Source: Spirochaetia bacterium
GTDB lineage: Bacteria; Spirochaetota; Spirochaetia; SZUA-6; Bin103
Direction: 5' to 3'
Length of the DNA: 64,000 nucleotides
Assembly: GCA_965208575.1 (NCBI GenBank)
Contig: CBDBOV010000006.1
Span: forward strand, 1,472,001-1,536,000
The notes under the pieces are model-generated. The model made no database searches. It saw nothing but the letters and a program-made list of their open reading frames with translations, and was not told the origin of the DNA. The translations under genes and the position numbers were made by a program. Positions 18,977 to 27,781 of the stretch are shown here, piece by piece (position 1 is the first letter of the stretch; each line of letters starts with the position of its first letter).

Positions 18977-19426
18977 ATGGCAGAGAGAAGCGGCGACTGG
19001 TTCCGGCAGGCGCGGCGCGATCTCGACAGTGCCCGAGCACAGCGGGCGGCGGAGTTCTTCGAATGGGCGTGTTTCATTTCCCAGCAGGCGAGCGAGAAGG
19101 CGCTGAAGGCGGCGTTGCAGAAGCTCGGCGGCGAGGCCTGGGGCCACTCGATTGCCGACCTGCTCAGAACGCTGAAGGAACGGGTGGAAGTGCCCGCCCA
19201 CCTGCACGGATCGGGCATCAACCTGGACCGTTTCTATATCCCCTCCCGCTATCCCAACGGCTGGGCGGCCGGCAGTCCAGCCGACTACTTCACCGATGAG
19301 GACGCGGGTGCCGCGATCGGTCATTCAGAGGCAATCCTTCGGTTCTGTGAAGGTGTTCTGGCTGGACCGCGACCTGCTGAAGAGCCGGATCAGGAGGGCG
19401 GCGAGGAACCTGACCCGCGACCATGA
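18977..19426 (+). CDS. HEPN-domain protein
   Basis: W.RQA.RDL..A, WACF.SQQA.EKALKA, WGHS, YIPSRYPN. Confidence 0.88.
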   Translation: MAERSGDWFRQARRDLDSARAQRAAEFFEWACFISQQASEKALKAALQKLGGEAWGHSIADLLRTLKERVEVPAHLHGSGINLDRFYIPSRYPNGWAAGSPADYFTDEDAGAAIGHSEAILRFCEGVLAGPRPAEEPDQEGGEEPDPRP

Positions 19427-19733
19427 GGAGGTAGTCCGGGTGATCCTGTTCGGTTCGGTGGCTTCCGATCGTGCGCTTCCCTCCAGCGATGCGGACATCC
19501 TGGTCGTGGTGCGGGACACCGACCTGCCGTTCATCGACCGCGCCGGCCGGTACCGCGACTGCTTTTCCCGAATCGGTGTCGGGGTCGACCTGTTTGTGTA
19601 TACCGAGCAGGAGTTAGCCGCTGGAACGATTCCCTTGGCCGCCACGGCGCTGAGAACAGGGATCGAACTCCATCCGGCTGACAAATCAAGACCGACTGAC
19701 GCAGCGTGCCGGCGCGAATGGAAGCGACGCTAA
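19347..19733 (+). CDS. Minimal nucleotidyltransferase (MNT), partner of HEPN
   Basis: LFGSVA...SSDADILVV (GS-x10-DxD), VDLFVYT..E; overlaps the HEPN gene. Confidence 0.85.
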   Translation: MKVFWLDRDLLKSRIRRAARNLTRDHEEVVRVILFGSVASDRALPSSDADILVVVRDTDLPFIDRAGRYRDCFSRIGVGVDLFVYTEQELAAGTIPLAATALRTGIELHPADKSRPTDAACRREWKRR

Positions 19734-20932
19734 CTTGGCTCGACCTCACCGCGAGCGACCGCGACAAGATGCGGCGCGTGCTCGACCTGTTCAAGGAACG
19801 GGGAACGCTTGATGAGATGGGGCTCGGGAGCTTGCGTGACGCGCTCTCGGACGCCTTGTTTCCCGGAACCTCGTACCTGCAGACACGGTTGCGCTACATA
19901 TTGTTCATCCCGTGGATCTACCGGCGACTCGAAGGTCGGCTACGCGATCGCTCCAACGTTGCCGAGGCGGCGCGGCAGAGGGAGATTGGGCTGGTCGGCG
20001 CTCTGGAGCGTTCTCCCGAGACAGACGGCATCATCGGCGTGGTCGCCCGCGCGGCACTGGTACGGTTGCCCAGTTCGGTGTATTGGAATGCCCTTACTAC
20101 CTGGGGCATCTTTCAGCATCAGCAGAGTCAAGGTTGGTACCATTCGAACTTCGCGACGCTCGCTGGCGCTGAAAGCGTCGCCCGCGCCGACGACCCTGGA
20201 GTGGTGTGGAGTCATCAGCCGAATTGGCATCCGCGTCTGCCGGATGCGCCGGATTCGTTTCCCGGCGAGGCGTCGTTTGCATTAACTCGCGGGGAGGCGG
20301 ATTTCCTGCGCGGCCGTTTCGAGGAAAGGTGCTCCGGGACCCTGCTTGCATGGCTGGCGCGCAACGGTTCGGATACGCCCGCGGACAGTGTCTGGGACGA
20401 TCCCGACGCATTGCGCGCACCGAACGGTATTCGATGGACGGTCGAGCTGGCACGGAGGTTCTCACTGCACGTCGAAGGAATGCCGCTGCTCTACAACCTC
20501 CTCGTGGCCGAGCGCCGGAGTGACAAGCTTGGGTCGCAAGAAACCGAAACGATCGACAGATTCCGCGCGGAACTGGCCGAGTGGAGGGTGCGAGAATGCA
20601 ACGAGCCCCCGTACGAACCGGACAACTTGTGGCAGCTCCTGCACCGCACAGGTGTACGGCTGCGTTCTCCGCAACGCCTGTTCGTGGAGCGCTGGGGCCA
20701 GCGGCTCGCCGAGTTGGGTTCCGGTGCCGTTGCCGCCGACGGCTTGTTGCGGTCGCTGATCTATAACCGGGAGCTGCAACTCAAGGGGGCGCGGGCACGA
20801 CTGGCGAACGTCAACCGGTTGCTGGATTGGAAGCCGGGAGTCGGCGTGGGGCGCATGGACTTCCGCTGGGTGCGCGTCCGGCGGCTGCTGATCGACCTGC
20901 ACCGGGGCATCGGGTCCGATGCTGTCGCCTGA
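19718..20932 (+). CDS. DUF6361-like protein (first gene of an Azaca-like defence operon)
   Basis: WLD.......M...LF.E.GT.DE.GLG..RD..SD.LFPGTS..QTRLRY..FIPW, GIIG, RLPSSVYW..L, RE..LKG.RARL, M.FRW; coupled to the PLD and helicase genes. Confidence 0.75.
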   Translation: MEATLTWLDLTASDRDKMRRVLDLFKERGTLDEMGLGSLRDALSDALFPGTSYLQTRLRYILFIPWIYRRLEGRLRDRSNVAEAARQREIGLVGALERSPETDGIIGVVARAALVRLPSSVYWNALTTWGIFQHQQSQGWYHSNFATLAGAESVARADDPGVVWSHQPNWHPRLPDAPDSFPGEASFALTRGEADFLRGRFEERCSGTLLAWLARNGSDTPADSVWDDPDALRAPNGIRWTVELARRFSLHVEGMPLLYNLLVAERRSDKLGSQETETIDRFRAELAEWRVRECNEPPYEPDNLWQLLHRTGVRLRSPQRLFVERWGQRLAELGSGAVAADGLLRSLIYNRELQLKGARARLANVNRLLDWKPGVGVGRMDFRWVRVRRLLIDLHRGIGSDAVA

Positions 20933-22511
20933 CGCGCGCGCGGTGGCCTTCGAGCTGATCCGTGCACCGGACGGGTACCGGCTCGACTTCGCCGTACTGA
21001 CTACCTACACACTGGACCTGGAGGCGCTGCTGGTGCTTCCGCTATCGATCCTTGCCCACCAGGACGCAAGCATGGAGGAGTTGCTCGCCGATCCGGTCCA
21101 GCTTCATCAGGCTCTGCGCGATGCAGGCGACCGGGTACACGTCTTTGTCGACCACGCCGGCATCGGAGTTCCTCGTGCCGCCCGCGCGCTGTACGCGATG
21201 CTTGAACCGAGCGTGCATGGTGTGCGGGCACCAGGCCGCGGTTCATTCCACGCCAAAGTGTGGGTCGCCCGGTTCACGGTTTCCGGCGCTGCGCAGCAGG
21301 AGCGGCCGCCCCTGCTGCGGGTCGCGGTGTTGTCTCGCAACCTGACATTCGACCGATCCTGGGACATCGCGCTCGCCAGCGAGGCATCTCCCCGTGGGAA
21401 GAGGCGCTGTGCCGCAACCCGGCCGCTCGGTTCCTTTCTCGCCGCCTTGCCAGGGCTGACCGGCACACCGTTGGAGGAGCACATAGCGGCGCGGGTACGG
21501 GCGTTGGCCGAGGACACCGGGCGGACACGGTTCCCGGCGCCAGCCGGATTTGTGGATCCGGTCGAGTTCCACGTGCTGGGCCTGTCGTCGCGTCGCCGGT
21601 CGTGGCGGCCCAGAACACAGGGATATCGCACACTGGCCATCGCGCCGTTCGTGAACCGTAGCGGGATCGAGGCTGTCGTCTCGCTCGGCGGTTCTGAGCG
21701 GGTGCTCCTGAGCCGCGGTGAGGAACTCGACAAGCTGTCCGAGGACGCGCTCGACCGTTGGAGCGAGGTGCTGGTGCTGACAGACGCGGCACAAGACGAA
21801 CCGGAGGACGGCCACGTGGGCGACCGTGAGCCGACCGGCGGCGGCGGCGCGGTCGCCGGCGGACTGCACGCCAAGATCGTCGCGGTAGAGCACGGTTGGG
21901 ATGTCACCTGGTACGTCGGATCGGCGAATCTGACCGCGGCGGCGTTCGGCGGCAGCAACGTCGAGATGATGGCCTCCGTCACCGGACGGAAGGGACGGCG
22001 GAATGGTGTGACCGGTCATGGCATCGAGCGCTTCCTCGACGGCGACAGCGGGTTCCGCAAGCTATGCGAGCCCTATTGCCGCGGCGAGCAGGAGACAGAA
22101 CCCGCCGAGGTTACCGCGGCACGCCGGCGCCTGGAGGACGCGCGCGACCATCTCGAGCAGTCCGAACTCCACGTCGTGTGCGAGAATGCCGGCGAGACTT
22201 GGTCGTTGACCCTTGACGGCCGCTTGGCGGTGCCGGAGGAGGTCGCCGTCGTGGCGTGGCCGATCTCCATCCCCGAAAGTGAAGCGCGCGCGCTCGCCCT
22301 GCCGTTGAACTGGACGTTGCCGGTCGCACGGCTGACCGCGTTCACGGCGTTCCGCCTTGCGATCCGGGTGCCCGGAGTGGACGACATCCGTATGGCGCTG
22401 CGGCTACCCGCCACGGGTATGCCGGCAGATCGGATGCATCACGTGCTCAAGAGCTATCCCACCGGCCCCTGGGCCGGCGCAGTCATGAAAGAAACAAGGG
22501 TGAGCTATAGT

Positions 22512-22720
22512 GTGGGCAGAGTTCTGGGTGGAGCGCGAAAGTAGGCCGGCGCGTCACTGGCGTTACGTTCTGCGAACCCGTTCAAGAGCTTGGCCCCGGG
22601 GCGGGTGGCGTAGTCATTGGTGAGGTTGTCAGCCGGCGCGGCCGGGTGGCGATCATCCCGTTCAGGAGAATACCTGCTACACACGCCTTGGCCGCACCAC
22701 TCAGTCGTAGCGGAGGTTTC
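22512..22720 (+). ncRNA. Putative IS110 bridge RNA
   Basis: -10-like TATAGT at 22506-22511; TCAAGAGCT (22582-22590) equals the left target flank plus core; TCAGGAG (22662-22668) equals the element right end; RNA ends approximate. Confidence 0.75.
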
Positions 22721-24109
22721 ATGGCACGACGCAGACACAGACGCAAGGGCAAGGGCAGTCGCACAGCGCAACCAAAGGTGATGCACCCGGACGCTGCCGG
22801 CTTGGACATAGGCGCTACCGAGGTGTACGCGGCTGTGCGCCCGGAGCGCGACCCGGACCCGATCCGGAACTTTGCTACGTTCACCGCGGACCTGCACGCC
22901 TTGGCCGACTGGCTCAAGGAATGCGAGGTCACCACGGTGGCGATGGAGTCCACCGGTGTGTACTGGATTCCGGTGTATCAGATCCTGGAGGCACACGGCT
23001 TCGACGTGGTGCTGGTGAATGCGCGTCACGTGCACTCGGTACCCGGTCGGAAGTCCGACGTGGCCGACTGCGAGTGGTTGCGCTACCTGCACTCGGTGGG
23101 ATTGCTGCGCGGCTCATTCCGCCCTGCCGACGAGGTGTGTGCACTGCGCTCGGTGCTGCGCCATCGCGACACCTTGATCAAGATGGCGTCGCGCAGCGTG
23201 TTGCACATGCAGAAGGCGTACAGCCAGATGAACGTGCATCTGCACCATGCCATCTCTGACCTGACGGGGACGACCGGTCTGGCCATTACGGACGCTATCC
23301 TGGCGGGTGAGCGGGATCCGGCGCGGTTGGCCGCTCTGGCCGACCGGCGGATCAAAGCCAGCCGCGAGACCTTGATCAAGGCGCTGCAGGGCGACTGGCG
23401 CGCCGAGCACCTGTTGGCGTTGCGGCACGCGCGAGCGACCTATGCCCACTACCAACAACTCATCACGGAGTGCGATCAGGAAATCGAAGCCGGCATCCGC
23501 GCGTTCGAAGCCAGCAGCGAGCCACCCGGCGCGGTGGGCGACGACCCACCGGATGAGGGAATCGATGCGGAGCCCGAGGCGCCAACCGAGTCACCGGCCA
23601 AGCGGTTCGACCTGCGCGGCCACCTTACGCACCTGTTCGGCACTGACCTGACGCTGATTCCCGGCATCGGCGAAAGTACGGCGCTGGTTCTGTTCACCGA
23701 ACTCGGCCCGGAACTGTCCCGCTTTCCGACCGCACCGCAATTCGCCTCCTGGCTGCACCTGTGCCCCCACAACCAGATCACCGGCGGCAAGATCATCAGC
23801 TCGCACACCGGTCGGGGCACCAATCGGGCCGCCCAGGCGCTGCACTGGGCGACCCAGTCGTTGTACCGCAGCCCATCGGCCCTGGGCCAGCACTTCCGCC
23901 GCATGCGGGCGCGTCTGGGTACTCCCGAAGCGACCACTGCAGTCGCGCATAAACTGGCTCGGATCATCTACCATCTGATCACGCATCGCGTGGCCTACGA
24001 TGACAGCATCCTCGCCGCCGAGGAGCGCCAGGACCGGCGCCGCTTTGAACGCCGGCTCCGAAGGCAGGCACACGCACTCGGTTATGAGCTTGTCCCGGAG
24101 GCCGCCTGA
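22721..24109 (+). CDS. IS110 family transposase/recombinase
   Basis: GLDIG, AMESTGVYW, GRKSDVADCEW (DEDD RuvC-like), IPGIG, F..A..FASWL.LCP....TGGK, A.TAVAHKLAR; GGAGG RBS. Confidence 0.95.
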   Translation: MARRRHRRKGKGSRTAQPKVMHPDAAGLDIGATEVYAAVRPERDPDPIRNFATFTADLHALADWLKECEVTTVAMESTGVYWIPVYQILEAHGFDVVLVNARHVHSVPGRKSDVADCEWLRYLHSVGLLRGSFRPADEVCALRSVLRHRDTLIKMASRSVLHMQKAYSQMNVHLHHAISDLTGTTGLAITDAILAGERDPARLAALADRRIKASRETLIKALQGDWRAEHLLALRHARATYAHYQQLITECDQEIEAGIRAFEASSEPPGAVGDDPPDEGIDAEPEAPTESPAKRFDLRGHLTHLFGTDLTLIPGIGESTALVLFTELGPELSRFPTAPQFASWLHLCPHNQITGGKIISSHTGRGTNRAAQALHWATQSLYRSPSALGQHFRRMRARLGTPEATTAVAHKLARIIYHLITHRVAYDDSILAAEERQDRRRFERRLRRQAHALGYELVPEAA

Positions 24110-24426
24110 TTGTTGTTTCTCAGGAGCTTGCTGGACAGCCCAGATAAGTTCCTCCGCTTCTTGCGGGCGCTGCTTGGCGGCCTGGATGGCATGGTCGAGT
24201 GGACGCGCGCCGGCGGCGAGAGCGGTGCGTGGGGTGCGGGCGTAAGCGCCGATACGTTGCTGGACGACTTGCTGCGCGCCGCATCGCGCGATCCCAGCCG
24301 CTTGCAACCGGTGCGCCGATTGATCGATGACCTCCGCAAGACGGAGGGCGGGCGCAGGATCATTCCCGACGACCTGCTGGCCGTCTGGAACGCCGTAAAC
24401 GAAGCACTGGGGAAGGCGGGCGCTGC

Positions 24427-27400
24427 ATGAACCCGCCCGATGTCGAGACGATCCTGAAACCGCTGAAGCCGTTTCAGCGCCGTACCGTCGAACACGCGTT
24501 TCACCGCTTATTCGTTGCGAAAGACAGTACTGCCCGATTTCTGGTGGCCGACGAGGTTGGCCTCGGCAAGACACTGGTGGCGCGCGGCGTAATCGCCCGA
24601 GCCGTTAAACACCTTTGGGATGACGTCGAACGCATCGACGTCGTTTACGTCTGCAGCAACAACAGTATCGCACGGGCCAATCTGCCGAAGCTTCAAGTAG
24701 GCGATGCCGGCCAACGATCGTTTGCCCTTGCCACCCGCCTCACGATGCTGGCGACACTGTTCGCTTCGCCCGATGGGCAGTCCGGTCTCGCCGGTAACAA
24801 GCTGAACTTCGTCAGTTTCACGCCGGGCACGTCGTTCAACATGGGGCGCTCCGCCGGTCAGGCGCAAGAACGACAAGTGCTGTTTCACCTTCTGCTGCCA
24901 TGCTACCCCACCCGACGGACAGCACTCATGAATCTGCTGCAGGGACGGAAGGCCAGCAAGGATGACTGGCGTCAGCAATTGCAGAACGAGCCGTGTCCTA
25001 TCGAGCCGACCATACGGGAGCGCTTTGAGGCGACGTTCCGAGAACAAGCGGATCTACATGGCGAACTGCGTTCGCTTTTCGAGATTTGGTTCTTTCGGCA
25101 TCGGCAGTCGTGGCCGAATGAAGCCCAATGCCGCAGAGATCGGATCATATCACAACTGAGACGGATGCTGGCTGACGAGTGCGTCCGCGCCCTTGAGCCC
25201 GATCTGGTAATCGTCGATGAGTTCCAGCGCTTCAAGTCGTTGCTCGAATCCCGGGTAGAACGCCAGGATCCCGCCGCGGAACTCGCTCAGAAGCTGTTCG
25301 GTGCTCGGACGTCCGACGGACAAATGGTGCGGACGCTCCTCCTCTCCGCGACGCCGTACAAGCCCTACACCGCCGACGCCGAGATCGAGCAGGACGATCA
25401 CTACGAGGACTTCCTGGACACCACCCGTTTCCTCCTGGCGGACAATGACGCCCGCGTCGCGCAGATCAAACGTCGGCTGTCCCGATTTGGCACGGCGCTG
25501 AAGCGAGCCACCATCGGCGGACAGGATCACGAAAATGGGGTTCAATGCGCCAAGCTTGGTGTGGAGGACTCGCTCCGGGCGATCATGGTCCGGACCGAGC
25601 GCGTTAGGGCCAGCACCGAGAGGGATGCCATGTTGGTCGAGCGCTGTCGCCCCGTCGTTCCCACGCCAGCAGACGTGCGCCAATACTTGGTTGCTGATCG
25701 CCTGTATCGCGCTGTGGGCGACCAGGATCCCATGCCTCTCTGGAAGTCGGCCTCGTATCTCGCTCACTTCACGCAGGGCTACCGTTTCAACGAACGGCTC
25801 GAAATGGCGCTCGATCAGTCGCCGGATCGAGTGGCCCAGGTACTGCGCCGATATGAAAGTGCCTTCCTCGACGCCGAGAAAGTCCGCGAGTGGGCGAAAC
25901 TCGATCCGGGCGCCGCGAAGTTGCGTGACTTGGTGCGCGATCTGCTCGATTCGGGGCTGTGGCGCATGCTGTGGATGCCTCCCACGGTCCCGTACTGGCC
26001 GTTGGAGGGGCCGTTCAACGGGAAGCATGCTGCCACCAAACCCTGCTGTTCTCGGCGTGGAACGTGGTGCCCGATGTCGTGAGCGCCATTCTCAGCTACG
26101 AGGCGGAACGGCGGATGGTCGGCGGGAGGATCGCCTCGTACGAGAATCCTGCGGACCAGCAGAGGCCCTTGCTGCGGCTCACGCAGTCGACCTCCGGTGC
26201 GAGATCCCGACATCGTTTGCTTTTGCTGCTCATACCATGCCTACCGCTGGCTGATCGCGCACATCCCCTTGCAGGGCCAGACGGACTGGACCGGAGAGTT
26301 TGGGTGCGTGCCAGAGTAGAAGAGTTGTTGACAGACCCGACAATACCGGATCCCCAGGATGGAACCGTGGACGATCGGTGGGAATGGGCAGCGCCCCTAC
26401 TGCTGGATGAGGAATTGCGCGAGTTTCTGCGCATCTGGAGGAATGACGACACTCTGCATCCGCATCGCGAGGTGTTCACGGCATACATCGACGATTTACT
26501 TGCCATCGAACCGAATGATCTAGGCCGTCGGCCGCCACACCTTGCAGACTTGCTGACGGAGGTCGCTCTCGGCTCTCCGGCAATCCTTGCGTCGCGCTGC
26601 CTGGCCGCGTCCGTTGGTGTCAGCGCCGGCTTGCGCCGCCGACTCGCAGTGAAAGTCTCCCTTGCGTTTTGGACCCTGTTCAATCAACCCGCTGTTGTCT
26701 GTCTGCTCCGTCAACTCGCCGTCGGCGCCGCAGGGGATAGCGATGAGTCCGTATACTGGCGGCTGGTGCTCCGTTATTGCCGGCATGGCAACCTGCAGGC
26801 CGTGCTGGACGAGCACTGGCACCTGCTGTGGGAGCAGTGCGCGTGGTCCGAGCGCGAGACGCCCGGCGAGATCGCGGAGTTGTGCGCGTGTGAACTGGTC
26901 AACGCTGTCCGTCCCATCCGGTCACGGGTTCACGCGCGCTTTTTCCGACTTCGCAATTGCTCACATCCCGTGCCAGAAGAAATTCGGTTTCGCACGATTT
27001 TCGCCCTGCGATTTGGCCACGGTCGCAATGAGGAAGCCGGCTATGTAAGCCAGGATGCAGTGCGGAGAGCTTTCAACAGCCCGTTCCGGCCGTTTGTTCT
27101 CGCCAGCACTTCCATTGGGCAAGAGGGACTCGACTTTCATCCTTGGTGTCACCGCGTGGTGCACTGGAATCTGCCCGGCAATCCCGTCGACCTGGAACAG
27201 CGGGAGGGCCGCGTACACCGCTACAAGGGGCACGCGGTGCGGCGCAACATCGCAGCCGTCTACGCCAGCGACGCGATGCGAACCTGGTGTCTTGGCGACG
27301 CTCTCTGGGAGTTGATTTTCGAGCGCGCCGAAGAAGAGGCCCGGACCAACGGCGAGAACGACCTCGTTCCTCTGTGGATCGCACCAGGCCCGCACCGTGT

Positions 27401-27602
27401 TGAGCGTCACGTGCCGATGCTTCCCTACACCAGCGATCACGACACGCTTGCGCGGCTGAAACGCCAGCTTGCGGCCTATCGGGTGGTATTCGGCCAGCCG
27501 CGCCAAGAGGAGCTGCTGACGCTGCTCGGCCACTCCAACTTCGACGCAGCGCAACTCCGCAGTTGGACGATCGACCTGTCGCCTCTGGCGAACCGCAGTT
27601 GA
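24427..27602 (+). pseudogene. SF2 helicase (Azaca-like third gene) with a 1-nt frameshift near 26038-26040
   Basis: RFLVADEVGLGKT, IVDEFQRFK, LLSATPYK in 24427-26082; TLLFSAW, FNSPFRPFVLASTSIGQEGLDFH, LEQREGRVHRY in the next frame; adding one A to AAA fuses them (~1058 aa). Confidence 0.85.
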
Positions 27603-27716
27603 CGACTCCGTCATGCGAGCCAGTGCGCGACCTGCGTGGCAGTCGGCGCGGCGACTGGGACCGCGCCGGGCAGCCGGCTGAACCACACTCAGCACGTAGA
27701 ATAGCTAATCTGAGTT

Positions 27717-27767
27717 ATTGATCTATCTTATGATAGGTAATTGACAGGCACTGTTGAATAGGTCAAT
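27717..27767 (+). promoter_or_regulatory. AT-rich promoter with two tandem imperfect palindromes (putative operator)
   Basis: ATTGATCTAT..ATAGGTAAT (27717-27741) and ATTGAC..ATAGGTCAAT (27740-27767); contains TATGAT and TTGACA. Confidence 0.6.
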
Positions 27768-27781
27768 GTCACGCAACGACA

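Larger units (their letters stand above)
22456..24128 (+). mobile_element. IS110-family insertion sequence with CT core, no terminal inverted repeats
   Basis: Junctions CTCAAGAG-CT|ATCCC and CTCAGGAG-CT|TGCTGG; long non-coding left end, very short right end; DEDD transposase. Confidence 0.93.
20919..24430 (+). pseudogene. Phospholipase D-like nuclease interrupted by IS110 (segments 20919-22455 and 24129-24430)
   Basis: TTYTLDL, FHAKVW...SRNLTFD, LHAKIV...YVGSANLT (two HxK motifs). Removing 22456-24128 gives in-frame ...HVLKS|LLDSPDKFLRFL..., 612 aa. Confidence 0.88.

Noticed and set aside
22456-22720. PLD C-terminal tail to 22544 and extended transposase start at 22646
   Set aside because: Read-through into the IS110 non-coding end; the true PLD tail is at 24129-24430 and ATG 22721 has a GGAGG RBS.
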